A stretch of 64,000 bases of DNA from Lacisediminihabitans sp. (GTDB lineage Bacteria; Actinomycetota; Actinomycetes; Actinomycetales; Microbacteriaceae). The stretch is taken from contig NZ_DASWPB010000087.1 of NCBI RefSeq assembly GCF_036404185.1, forward strand, positions 3,532-67,531, read 5' to 3'. The notes beneath the pieces were generated by a model that was given only the letters and a program-made list of their open reading frames with translations, did not search any database and was not told the DNA's origin. The stretch's first letter is position 1; every line of letters starts with the position of its first letter. A program made the position numbers and the translations under genes. Below are positions 20,382 to 29,968 of this stretch, piece by piece.

Positions 20382-20654
20382 GCGGAGCGCTCGAGGGCGA
20401 TCCCGATCGCTCGGCACTCCCCTGTGGCGGGAGACACCGCAGCCCGCGGGGACCGGGCGACGGACCGGCAGCCGCTGGCGGCGGAAAACCAACCTCGCGG
20501 CGGGAGCTGCAACATTTCGCGGCGGGGAAATCAGCTGGCGGCGGGAAGCGCGCCTCCCTCCGCGAACAGTTTTCCCCCGCCACGATGCGGCAACTCGGCC
20601 GCTCAGCGCACACGGCCAGCGCGAAACTGCTAGGCGGAACGCTCGAGGGCGATC
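20378..20654. other. Insertion scar bounded by a 25-bp direct repeat, with an internal palindrome
   Basis: CTAGGCGGAGCGCTCGAGGGCGATC (20378-20402) vs CTAGGCGGAACGCTCGAGGGCGATC (20630-20654), 1 mismatch; internal inverted repeat 20476-20582. Confidence 0.75.
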
Positions 20655-21070
20655 GCCCGGCGGATGGACTGGCGGGCCCTGCGCCGATCGCCGCTCGCGT
20701 CATAGGCGAGCCCGAGCCTGAACCAGGCCTTCCAGCTGCCAGGAGCCGCCTCGACCTCGGCGCGATAGCGGGGGAACTCCGCGTCGGCGGCGGCGCGCTC
20801 CGGCCTGCCGCTTGTCCGGTGCGGGAGGGTGTCGACGGGCAGCTCGTCCGCCGACGCCAGCAGTCGGACGAGTCGCTGGCTCCGCAGCCCGAAGAGCAGT
20901 TCGGCGACGAGCGCCCAGACGCCGATGATCGGCAACACCATGAGGGCCACGCCGAGCGCCCTCGAGACGCCGCTGTCGATCAGGACGAGCCGCACGGCGA
21001 GCTGGCCGACGAGCACCAGGTAGAGCGCAAGCAGGAGCGCCATCACGATGGCGGCGAGACGGCCTCTCAT
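20630..21070 (-). CDS. Conserved membrane protein with TPR-like C-terminus (dapB-associated)
   Basis: Two TM helices then SGRP.RAAADAEF...W.AWFRLGLAYDASGDRRRAR; start overlaps dapB stop. Confidence 0.85.
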   Translation of the reverse strand: MRGRLAAIVMALLLALYLVLVGQLAVRLVLIDSGVSRALGVALMVLPIIGVWALVAELLFGLRSQRLVRLLASADELPVDTLPHRTSGRPERAAADAEFPRYRAEVEAAPGSWKAWFRLGLAYDASGDRRRARQSIRRAIALERSA

Positions 21071-21822
21071 TCGCCGGGACCGAGGTCGATGAGCTTGTCG
21101 AGGCCGACGACGACCCCCCGGGTGGCGACGAGGGCGCCGAGGGCGAGCCGGATGCCCGCCTCGTACGCGGACGGATCCAGCGTCTCGTGGGTCACGGTGA
21201 GGATCTCCCCCGTGCCTCCGAAGATCACGTCCTGCTTGGCGACGACACCCTGCATGCGGAGGCTGTGGATGGGCACGCTGGAGACCTGCTGGCCCCTCGC
21301 CCGCTGGTCGGCGTGCGGCGCGATGACCGGCCCAAGACGGGAGCGCGCCTCGCCGATGAGCTCGGCCGTGCGCACCGCGGTGCCGGACGGAGAATCGACC
21401 TTCCTGGCGTGATGGCTTTCGACGATCTCGATCGACTCGTAGAACCGCGCCGCCATCGCCGCGAAGGCCGACGCCAGCACGGAGCCGACGGAGAAGTTGG
21501 GGACGATGACGACCCCCACCTGCCCGTCGTCCGTCGCGTTCTGCGCCTCGACCCGCCTCCGCAGGGACTCGATCCGGTCCTTCGTCCATCCGCTGGTCCC
21601 GACGAGGACGCTCAGTCCGTGGTCGACGGCGAAATCCACGATCTCCTGGCTCACCGCCGGAACGGTGACGTCGACCACGAGGTCGGCGCCGATCATGTCG
21701 GCCAGTTCGCCGTTCGAGCCGATCTGCGCTCCCAGCTCCAGGTCATCGGATTCCTCGATGAGGCGCGAGACGAGCCGGCCCATCCTGCCTGTCGCGCCGA
21801 CGACGGCGACCGTGGTTGTCAT
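21067..21822 (-). CDS. dapB: 4-hydroxy-tetrahydrodipicolinate reductase
   Basis: VVGATGRMG, VGTSG, PNFSVG, ESHHARKVDSPSGTA. Confidence 0.96.
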   Translation of the reverse strand: MTTTVAVVGATGRMGRLVSRLIEESDDLELGAQIGSNGELADMIGADLVVDVTVPAVSQEIVDFAVDHGLSVLVGTSGWTKDRIESLRRRVEAQNATDDGQVGVVIVPNFSVGSVLASAFAAMAARFYESIEIVESHHARKVDSPSGTAVRTAELIGEARSRLGPVIAPHADQRARGQQVSSVPIHSLRMQGVVAKQDVIFGGTGEILTVTHETLDPSAYEAGIRLALGALVATRGVVVGLDKLIDLGPGE

Positions 21823-21869
21823 GCGCCAAATCTACCAAGCCGCCCGGGCGCCGCGCCTAGGCTGGTCGG

Positions 21870-22346
21870 GTGCCGTCCTATCGAGAAGTGTCCGTCGACG
21901 ATGCCGTGGCCCAGCAGCTGCTGGGCGAGTACTTCGCGAGCCGGGAGCTGGGGTTCGTCGGCTCGGGGGGCTACCGTGTCGCCTTCCCGGAAGCCGGCCG
22001 GTTCGTCCCGCCCTCCGGGGTCTTCCTGGTCGTCGAGAGCGACGGCGCGGATGTCGGCTGCGGAGGCATCCGTCTGATCGAGCCGTCGGAGACGGGGCGC
22101 ACGCGGTTCGAGGTGAAGCATCTCTGGCTGCGGCCCGAGGCCCGAGGCCACGGCCACGGCCGCGCGCTGCTGACGGAGCTGGAGCGCCGGGCGCGCGACT
22201 TCGGCGCAGACGAGCTGGTGCTCGACACCAATTCCAGCCTGGAGGCCGCGGCCGGCCTCTATCGATCGTCCGGTTTCGTCGGGATCCCGGCGTACAACGA
22301 CAACCCGAACGCGACGAACTGGTACCTGAAGGCGATGACCGCCTAG
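21870..22346 (+). CDS. GNAT family N-acetyltransferase
   Basis: VGCGGIR, EVKHLWLRPEARGHGHGR, A.GLY...GF. Confidence 0.9.
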   Translation: MPSYREVSVDDAVAQQLLGEYFASRELGFVGSGGYRVAFPEAGRFVPPSGVFLVVESDGADVGCGGIRLIEPSETGRTRFEVKHLWLRPEARGHGHGRALLTELERRARDFGADELVLDTNSSLEAAAGLYRSSGFVGIPAYNDNPNATNWYLKAMTA

Positions 22347-22945
22347 AACGGCTGCCCGTCCGGGAGGCCCGTGCGCAACTCGACCGGAAGGTGCCCGAGA
22401 TCGTTGTGCGTGACCAGCACGGGCGGCTTGGCCGATCGCACCCGGATGATGGTCAGGCCGCAGTTGGCCTGGTTGAGGCCCAGCCACCGCCAGGCGGGTG
22501 CGCCGAAGACCTCGCGCACGAACCAGGCGATCACGAAGTTGTGAGTGATGAGCAGATCGTGCCGGTCCTCCCGCGAGGGGGTGAGCCACTCCGCGACGGC
22601 GTCCGACATCTGCGCCTCGCCCGCCTCGATCTGCTGGCGGGTGACCGAGCCGAAGAAGGGCTCGAAGACCCGCGGCATGTCCGGCGTCGGACCGGACGGG
22701 ATGCAGTCGAACAACAGCGCGGACGGTTTGGCGTCGAGACTCGGCATGCTCGCGGTCATGATGCGCGCCGTCTCGGCGGCCCGCTGGAGCGGAGAGTGCC
22801 AGGCACCGGTGAACGGCACGCCGCTCAGCCGATCGGCGATGAGCTTGGCCTGACGCTGTCCCCGTCCGGAAAGAGGTCCGTCTGGGAGACCGTGCTCGGC
22901 ATCCTGCTGCTCGCCGTGCCGGACAAGGTAAATGAAGTGGGACAT
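22343..22945 (-). CDS. Histidine phosphatase family protein
   Basis: YLVRHGE, SPLQRAAETA, LITH motifs. Confidence 0.9.
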   Translation of the reverse strand: MSHFIYLVRHGEQQDAEHGLPDGPLSGRGQRQAKLIADRLSGVPFTGAWHSPLQRAAETARIMTASMPSLDAKPSALLFDCIPSGPTPDMPRVFEPFFGSVTRQQIEAGEAQMSDAVAEWLTPSREDRHDLLITHNFVIAWFVREVFGAPAWRWLGLNQANCGLTIIRVRSAKPPVLVTHNDLGHLPVELRTGLPDGQPF

Positions 22946-23003
22946 CGTTGTTCCTGGATTCGTTGTGCGATGGTGATGGGGATCAGACTACGTCCGGTGC
23001 CGT

Positions 23004-24359
23004 TCAGACGATGACGGGCACGTCGAACAGCCCGTCGAAGGCGGCCTGATCGATGGTTCCGACGGCGGCGATCGAGACCGGTCGTGCGGCGAGCTCGACC
23101 GCGAGCTCGCGGACGTCCTCCGGGGTGACGAGCGCGAGCCTGCGCAGCGCCTCGTCGAGATCGGAGAACTCGCCGAGGGTGATCTCCGACCGGCCGAGCC
23201 GCGACATCCTGGTATCGGAGTCCTCCAGCGCCAGGGCGGATGCGCCGCTGAGCTGCCCGACGGCTCGCCGCATCTCCTCGTCGGTCACCCCGCCCTCGCC
23301 CAGACGTCGGAACTCGGACAGCATGAGCTCGGCCACCTGGCCGGCCTTCGCCGGAGAGCAGCCCGCATAGAGGCCGAAGAGGCCGGCGTCGGAATAGCTC
23401 GGCGAGAAGGAGTACACGGAATAGGCCAACCCGCGCTTCTCCCGGATCTCCTGGAACAGCCGGGAGGACATCCCGCCGCCGAGCACCGAGTTGAGGACCG
23501 CGAGCACGGAACGGCGCTCATCCGCGGCGGGGAGGCCGGGAACACCGAGCAGGATGTTCGCCTGCTCGATCGGCCGCTGCACCACCACCAGCGGGCTGCC
23601 GCGCTCGATCAGGCCGCTCGTCGCGTCCCTGCGCCCGACGGGTGCGGCCTGGATGCCCAGATCCCAGCCCGCCGAGGTGAGCGCGCGCTGCACGCCGGCG
23701 ACGAGCTCGTCGTGATCGACGGCCCCCGCGACGGTGATCACGAGATCGCGCGCCCGGTAATTGGCGCGGTAGTGGTTCCAGACCGATTCGCGGGTCGCCG
23801 CCCTGATGGTCTCCGGGCTGCCGCCGATCGGCCTGCCGAGCGGATGCGCGCCGAGCACCGCCTCGAAGAATCTCTCGCTCGTGACGTCGGCCGGATCGTC
23901 GTCGGCCATCGCGAGCTCCTCGAGGATGACCCCCCGCTCGTTCTCGAACTCCTCCTCATCGAGGACGGAGGAGGTGATCATGTCGGAGAGCACGTCGACG
24001 GCCATGGGCAGGTCCCTGTCCTGGACCTTGGCGTAATAGCAGGTGTATTCCTTGGCCGTCATGGCGTTGTGCTCGCCACCGACCTCGTCGAAGCTCACGG
24101 CGATGTCGAGGGCGCTCCGGGCATCCGTCCCCTTGAACAGGAGATGCTCCAGGAAATGGGTGCTGCCATAGGTGTCCGGCAGCTCGTCCCGCGATCCGAC
24201 CGCGACCCAGTAGCCGACGGTCGCGCTCCGTGCACCGGGGACCTGCTCGCTGAGGATTCGAACGCCGCTGGGGAGGACGCTCCGTCGCACCAGCGACTCT
24301 CCGGATGCGGTGAAGCCGAGTTCGGCGAGGCCGAGGGAAAGCGGGACTGCACCGTTCAT
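23004..24359 (-). CDS. M16 family zinc metallopeptidase (PepR-like)
   Basis: Inverted zincin HFLEH, GGMSSRLFQEIREKRGLAYSV; pnp-M16-dapB synteny. Confidence 0.94.
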   Translation of the reverse strand: MNGAVPLSLGLAELGFTASGESLVRRSVLPSGVRILSEQVPGARSATVGYWVAVGSRDELPDTYGSTHFLEHLLFKGTDARSALDIAVSFDEVGGEHNAMTAKEYTCYYAKVQDRDLPMAVDVLSDMITSSVLDEEEFENERGVILEELAMADDDPADVTSERFFEAVLGAHPLGRPIGGSPETIRAATRESVWNHYRANYRARDLVITVAGAVDHDELVAGVQRALTSAGWDLGIQAAPVGRRDATSGLIERGSPLVVVQRPIEQANILLGVPGLPAADERRSVLAVLNSVLGGGMSSRLFQEIREKRGLAYSVYSFSPSYSDAGLFGLYAGCSPAKAGQVAELMLSEFRRLGEGGVTDEEMRRAVGQLSGASALALEDSDTRMSRLGRSEITLGEFSDLDEALRRLALVTPEDVRELAVELAARPVSIAAVGTIDQAAFDGLFDVPVIV

Positions 24360-24447
24360 TGCACCGAGCCTACGTCACCGCCGACGCCCGTACCTGGGAA
24401 CGCCGCGCACCCCCAAAACTGGGGCATAGTTGGTCCGCACAAGTGGG

Positions 24448-24467
24448 GACAAACCGAGCTGTCTGTC
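24448..24467. promoter_or_regulatory. Imperfect palindrome, candidate TetR operator
   Basis: GACAAACCGAGCTGTCTGTC upstream of the TetR gene; 12/14 match to AGACAGAGCTGTCT at 44233-44246. Confidence 0.4.
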
Positions 24468-24669
24468 CTCCCTGCCGTGTTACAGTTTCTCACGTCGGAA
24501 GAACCACCCGAAGGCTCAGACGACTCCCGCTCATCAGCGGGTTGTGACCGCAGGGTTGGAAACACGAGATCTTGTCTCGTGGGGCAGCGGGACGGAATAA
24601 TCCAATTCCGTCTCGACTGCCGGACGGCTTTGAGGACATCCAGCCACATTGCCAAAGGGAGCTCAAGCC

Positions 24670-25311
24670 GTGTTGATTGTCGAAACAGAACCGATCGCGC
24701 AGCGTGATCCCCAGGCGGGGCCACGGCGGCCGACCCTCATCCACCACGCCAATTCCGCTCCGGCGAAGCGCCGCATCCTCGAGACGGCCAACCGTCTCTT
24801 CTATGACGAGGGGATCCGCAGCGTCGGCATCGATCGGCTCATCAGCGAGTCCGACGTCACCAAGGCGACCTTCTACAAGCACTACGGGTCGAAGGACCGG
24901 CTGATCCTCGAGTACGTCTCCGGGCGTGACGCCATGACCAGACGCTTCATCACGGAGATCATCGAGCACGCCGACGGACCGGAGTCCGCCATCAGGGATC
25001 TGGCCGAGTACATCGCGGACGACGTCGAAACGCCCGGATTCCGTGGCTGTCCGTTCATCAACGCGGCCACGGAGTTCGCCGACCCGCGTCATCCCGTTCG
25101 GGAGCTCGTCATCGAACACCGTGAGTGGTACACCGAGACGTTGGTCGAGCTGTTCAAGGCCATGGGTCATTCCCTCCCCGGAGAGGCGGGGGACGACTTC
25201 CTACTGCTCAGGGATGGCGCGATGACCGGAGGCTACGCCGGCGATCCGATCGCGGCGACCACGGCGATGCAGCGTGCCGTCGAGCGATTGATCGGCGAGG
25301 CGCGCGGCTAA
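24670..25311 (+). CDS. TetR/AcrR family regulator (GCPF-type C-terminal domain)
   Basis: ILETANRLFYDEGIRSVGIDRLI...KATFYKHY.SK; GFRGCPFINAA; start could be 24649. Confidence 0.92.
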   Translation: MLIVETEPIAQRDPQAGPRRPTLIHHANSAPAKRRILETANRLFYDEGIRSVGIDRLISESDVTKATFYKHYGSKDRLILEYVSGRDAMTRRFITEIIEHADGPESAIRDLAEYIADDVETPGFRGCPFINAATEFADPRHPVRELVIEHREWYTETLVELFKAMGHSLPGEAGDDFLLLRDGAMTGGYAGDPIAATTAMQRAVERLIGEARG

Positions 25312-25436
25312 GTAGCCCGGCTCGACCCGGATCGGGATTGCCGTCTCGCCCGTCGAGGTGGCAGTTGTGGCTGGATGCCTGCCCTCCTGGGCAACCACGA
25401 CTGCCAACTCGAGGTCACGGAGCCGCACCACCCGCG

Positions 25437-26420
25437 CTAGACGGACGCTCTGTCGAGCTCGCCGATCTGGTGTCGGCTGAGCTGGAGGCCGGCCGCCGCC
25501 GTGAGCTCGATCACCTGGCCGGCCGAGCTCGCGCTGGCCACCGGGGCCACGACATTCGGTTTGCTCAACAGCCAGGCCAGCGCGATCGCCGCAACGCTCA
25601 CACCCTGCTCCATCGCGACCCGGTCGAGGACGGCAAGCACCCTGAGGCCGCGCCGGTTGAGATAGCCCGCCGCCTCCGCGCCGCGTCCGTTCCTGGCCAG
25701 GTCCGCCTTGGTGCGGTACTTGCCGCTGAGGAAACCGCTCGCGAGGGCGAACCGCGGCATCACCCCGAGCCGCTGCTGCGCGGCGACCCTGGCGAGGTCG
25801 CCCTCGAACTCGGTGCGGTGCATGAGGTTGTAGTGGTTCTGCACGGCGACCATCGGCGTCACGCCGAGCTGCGCCGCGATCACCCGCGCCTCGATGAGCC
25901 GATTCGCCGAATGGTCCGAGGCCCCGAAATACCGGACCTTGCCACTGAGGATGAGGTCGTCGACGGCGAACAGCGTCTCCTCGAACGGCACGGACTCGTC
26001 GTCGATGTGCAGGTAGAGGAGATCGATGTAGTCGGTGCCGAGACGGTCGAGTGACGCCGTCACCGCCCCGATGATCGCCGAGGCGGTGACGCCGGCATGC
26101 TCCGGGCCCTTGCCGACCTTGGTGCCGACCACCATCTGGGCGCGATTGCGCCGCTCCCGCATCCAATTGCCGATCATGATCTCGCTGCGCCCGCTCGCGT
26201 AGGAATCGGCAGTGTCGATGAAGTTGCCGCCGCGCTCCGCGTAGGCGTCGAGCACGTCGTTGGTGGCGCGGGCGTCGGTGGTCCAGCCGAAGACGTTGCC
26301 TCCGATGGCCAGGGGGAATACCCGGAGGTCGGACTGACCGAGCGCGCGCCGCGCGGGGTTGGCCGGCGCCGACGCGGATCCGGCGGCATCCGCCACGCGG
26401 TCAGGCAAAAGCTGCGTCAT
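25437..26420 (-). CDS. Aldo/keto reductase
   Basis: GGNVFGW, GGNFIDTADSY, SLDRLGTDYIDLLYLH. Confidence 0.93.
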   Translation of the reverse strand: MTQLLPDRVADAAGSASAPANPARRALGQSDLRVFPLAIGGNVFGWTTDARATNDVLDAYAERGGNFIDTADSYASGRSEIMIGNWMRERRNRAQMVVGTKVGKGPEHAGVTASAIIGAVTASLDRLGTDYIDLLYLHIDDESVPFEETLFAVDDLILSGKVRYFGASDHSANRLIEARVIAAQLGVTPMVAVQNHYNLMHRTEFEGDLARVAAQQRLGVMPRFALASGFLSGKYRTKADLARNGRGAEAAGYLNRRGLRVLAVLDRVAMEQGVSVAAIALAWLLSKPNVVAPVASASSAGQVIELTAAAGLQLSRHQIGELDRASV

Positions 26421-26802
26421 GCACACCCCCTCGATGTCTCGGCGGGCACGAGGAACACGAATCTCGGACCGTCTGATCCCGAGACTAGATGAGAGTCGGA
26501 GCAAAAAGGCCGCCGTTTCCGCGGCGATCGTGCCCCGAATCCAAATCGTTATCTGGCGACCGTCGGTCCCCCGTTGCTGTGAATCGGCCGGATGCGGGCC
26601 AAGAGGCCGGCATTCCCTCTGGCGCGGGAACCGCCGGATGCCTATGTTCGTTTCTGTGCGGAAGCATTCCGCTTCCGAGGAACCACCGCCCACAGCGTGC
26701 GGAGGGTCCGCCACAGTCGCGCCAGGACTCAAAACGGGCGACAGAAGGGCCGCCGACGGGATCCGACGAGCGGCCCTTCGCCAATACGGAAGGACGCAGA
26801 AC

Positions 26803-27321
26803 ATGGTCAATGATCCGAACTGGCGATTGCCGGAGGTGCCATCCTTCACCCTGGAGAGCCCCGACTTCGCCGACGGGGAGTTCCTCCCCGACTGGGCACG
26901 GGCCGACAGCGGGAACCGCTCTCCCGCGCTGTCCTGGAGCGGTGCTCCGGCGGGCACGAAGAGCTTCGCCCTGACGCTCTACGACCCCGACGCCCCGACG
27001 GGCAGCGGCTTCTGGCACTGGGCGGTCTATAACATCCCGGCGGAGACGACGGGCCTTCCCGCGGGTTCTGGCAATCCGGCCACCGCGGACCTGCCGCCGG
27101 GAGCGGTGACGGTGCCGAACGAGTTGCGCGGTGAGGAGTTCACCGGCGCGGCGCCTCCGCCCGGTGACGGGCAGCACAGGTATTTCTTCACCCTGAGCGC
27201 GCTCGACATCGGTGAACTGGACGTCCCCGTCGATGCGACCCCCGCCGTGCTCGGTTTCCTGTTGCGGGGAAACATCATCGGCAGGGCTCAGCTCATGGGG
27301 CTCGCCGAGACTCCGGCCTGA
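26803..27321 (+). CDS. YbhB/YbcL (PEBP/Raf kinase inhibitor-like) protein
   Basis: SPALSWSGAP.GTKSF, YDPDAPTGSGFWHW, PPPGDG.HRYFF. Confidence 0.93.
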   Translation: MVNDPNWRLPEVPSFTLESPDFADGEFLPDWARADSGNRSPALSWSGAPAGTKSFALTLYDPDAPTGSGFWHWAVYNIPAETTGLPAGSGNPATADLPPGAVTVPNELRGEEFTGAAPPPGDGQHRYFFTLSALDIGELDVPVDATPAVLGFLLRGNIIGRAQLMGLAETPA

Positions 27322-27327
27322 CAGAGA

Positions 27328-27366
27328 AGAAGCCCGCCCCCGCACGATGTGCGGGGGCGGGCTTCT
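27328..27366. terminator. Bidirectional intrinsic terminator between convergent ybhB-like gene and pnp
   Basis: Perfect 18-bp stem AGAAGCCCGCCCCCGCAC-gat-GTGCGGGGGCGGGCTTCT. Confidence 0.9.
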
Positions 27367-27384
27367 CTGACGTGCGAGCGGGTG

Positions 27385-29655
27385 TTACTCCGCGGGAATG
27401 CTCGCGGTCTCGGAGAACTCCTCGATGGTCGGGGCATCGGTCGACTCCGCCTCGACGGGGGCCAGCGACAGCTTTCCCCTGTCGTCGATCTTGGTGATCT
27501 CCACCTGGATCTTCTGGCCGACGGCGAGCACGTCCTCGACGTTCTCGACCCGCTTGCCACCGGCGAGCTTGCGGACCTCGCTGATGTGCAGCAGGCCGTC
27601 CTTGCCGGGGGTCAGCGAGACGAACGCGCCGAAGGTCGCGATCTTGACGACGGTCCCGAGGAACCGCTCGCCCACCTCCGGGTTGAGCGGATTGGCGATC
27701 GCGTTGACGGCGGCGCGGGCGGCCTCGGCAGAGGGACCGTCGACGGCGCCGATGTACACGGTCCCGTCGTCCTCGATCGAGATGTCGGCCCCGGTGTCGT
27801 CCTGGATCTGGTTGATCGTCTTGCCCTTCGGCCCGATGAGCTCGCCGATCTTGTCGATCGGGATCTGTACCGAGATCACGCGAGGCGCGGTCGGCGCCAT
27901 CTCGTCCGGGGCGTCGATGGCGGCGTTCAGCACGGCGAGGATCGCGGTGCGAGCCTCCTTCGCCTGCTTGAGCGCCCCGTCGAGCACGGAGGAGGGGATG
28001 CCGTCGAGCTTCGTGTCGAGCTGGATCGCCGTGACGAACTCGCTGGTTCCCGCGACCTTGAAGTCCATGTCGCCGAGGGCGTCCTCCGCCCCGAGGATGT
28101 CAGTGAGGGCCGCATAACGGGTCTCACCGTCGACCTCGTCCGAGACGAGTCCCATGGCGATGCCTGCGACCGGGGCGCGCAGCGGCACCCCGGCGTTGAG
28201 CAGCGACAGGGTCGACGCGCAGACGGAACCCATCGACGTCGAGCCGTTCGAGCCCAACGCCTCAGAGACCTGGCGGATCGCGTAGGGGAACTCCTCGCGG
28301 CTCGGCAGCACCGGCACGAGAGCCCGCTCGGCCAGGAAGCCGTGCCCGATCTCGCGACGCTTCGGCGAACCAACCCGACCGGTCTCACCGGTGGAGTATG
28401 GCGGGAAGTTGTAGTGGTGCATGTAACGCTTCTTGGTTATGGGGCTCAGCGAATCGATCTGCTGCTCCATCTTCAGCATATTCAGCGTGGTAACGCCCAG
28501 GATCTGGGTCTCGCCGCGCTGGAAGATCGCCGAACCGTGAACGCGCGGGATGACCTGCACCTCGGCGTCGAGCGGGCGGATGTCGGACAGCCCGCGACCG
28601 TCGATGCGGATGCCCTCGGTGAGGATGCGACTGCGGACGATCTTCTTGGTGACCGACTTGTAGGCGGCGCTGACCTGGCCGATGGCCGAGCCGTCGAGCT
28701 CTCCGCGCTCAACCTTGGCGGCAACCTCTGCCTTGACCCGGTCCTTGAGCGCGTCATCGGCGTTCTGGCGCTCGATCTTGTCAGCGATCGTGTAGATGCC
28801 CTTGAGCTCGTCGTAGGCGAAGCCGGCGACGGTGTCGTAGGTGGCCTGGTCGTAGGCGGGGAAGACCGGGTAGTCGGCGATCGGCTTGGCCGACTGCGCG
28901 GCCATCTCGGCCTGGGCCTTGATGAGCTGCTTGAGGAACGGCTTCGACGCCTCGAGGCCCTGGGCGACCACGGCCTCGTCCGGCTTGGTGGCGCCGGCCC
29001 TGATGAGTCCCCAGGAATGCTCCGTGGCCTCTGCCTCGACCATCATGATCGCGACATCCTCCGAGCCGTCGGAGTTCGTGACGAGACGACCGGCGACCGT
29101 GAGGTCGAAGACGGCACGCTCGAGCTGCTCGAACTTCGGGAAGGCGACCCACTGGTCGTCGATGAGCGCGAGCCGGATTCCACCGATCGGGCCGCTGAAG
29201 GGCAGGCCGGAGATCTGGGTGGACGCGGATGCCGCGTTGATGGCCAGGGCGTCGTAGAACTCGCCGGGAGCGATGGCGAGGACGGTGATGACGATCTGGA
29301 CCTCGTTGCGGAGGCCGTCGACGAACGACGGGCGCAGGGGACGGTCGATCAGACGGCAGACGAGGATCGCCTCGGTCGACGGACGACCCTCGCGGCGGAA
29401 GAACGAACCGGGGATCTTTCCCGCGGCGTAGCTGCGCTCCTCGACGTCCACGGTCAGGGGGAAGAAGTCGAAATTGTCCTTCGGGTGCTTGCTCGCGCTG
29501 GTCGCGCTGAGCAGCATGGTGTCCTCGTCGAGGTAGGCAGCGACTGCTCCCTGGGCCTGCTGAGCGAGACGACCGGTTTCGAATCGGATGGTGCGCTTGC
29601 CGAACTTGCCGTTATCGAGAACGGCTTCGGCGAATTTGATCTCTGGACCCTCCAT
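27385..29655 (-). CDS. pnp: Polyribonucleotide nucleotidyltransferase
   Basis: [38 protein letters not shown] and S1 domains. Confidence 0.98.
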   Translation of the reverse strand: MEGPEIKFAEAVLDNGKFGKRTIRFETGRLAQQAQGAVAAYLDEDTMLLSATSASKHPKDNFDFFPLTVDVEERSYAAGKIPGSFFRREGRPSTEAILVCRLIDRPLRPSFVDGLRNEVQIVITVLAIAPGEFYDALAINAASASTQISGLPFSGPIGGIRLALIDDQWVAFPKFEQLERAVFDLTVAGRLVTNSDGSEDVAIMMVEAEATEHSWGLIRAGATKPDEAVVAQGLEASKPFLKQLIKAQAEMAAQSAKPIADYPVFPAYDQATYDTVAGFAYDELKGIYTIADKIERQNADDALKDRVKAEVAAKVERGELDGSAIGQVSAAYKSVTKKIVRSRILTEGIRIDGRGLSDIRPLDAEVQVIPRVHGSAIFQRGETQILGVTTLNMLKMEQQIDSLSPITKKRYMHHYNFPPYSTGETGRVGSPKRREIGHGFLAERALVPVLPSREEFPYAIRQVSEALGSNGSTSMGSVCASTLSLLNAGVPLRAPVAGIAMGLVSDEVDGETRYAALTDILGAEDALGDMDFKVAGTSEFVTAIQLDTKLDGIPSSVLDGALKQAKEARTAILAVLNAAIDAPDEMAPTAPRVISVQIPIDKIGELIGPKGKTINQIQDDTGADISIEDDGTVYIGAVDGPSAEAARAAVNAIANPLNPEVGERFLGTVVKIATFGAFVSLTPGKDGLLHISEVRKLAGGKRVENVEDVLAVGQKIQVEITKIDDRGKLSLAPVEAESTDAPTIEEFSETASIPAE

Positions 29656-29818
29656 AGGGGGGTTATCTCCTTTGTTTTACGTCGTGACCCCGTATGGGTC
29701 GCGACTCGTCAAGGAGCAGGAGAAGGCAGAAAGGGGCGCACGGCCTTGCCGTCTCTCGACGAATACCGTGGCGCTTTGGCATGCATGCTCATCGGGAAAA
29801 GACCCGATGAGCACTGCT

Positions 29819-29875
29819 CTGGTCAACAGTAGAAAAGCGCTGAACGTCGCTCAGAACCTCACCACTACTGACCAG
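29819..29875 (-). ncRNA. Structured pnp 5' leader, probable Actino-pnp motif
   Basis: Minus strand CTGGTC AGTAGTGG...CTACTG TT GACCAG long stem upstream of pnp; resembles the Actino-pnp motif as I recall it. Confidence 0.55.
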
Positions 29876-29968
29876 CTTCTTGCCAGCCTGCTCCGTAGCC
29901 GTGGTCCGATTCGTGCATTTCTGCCACACGAGACGGCCCACCGGTTGTCTCCATGCTACCAGCGGGTG

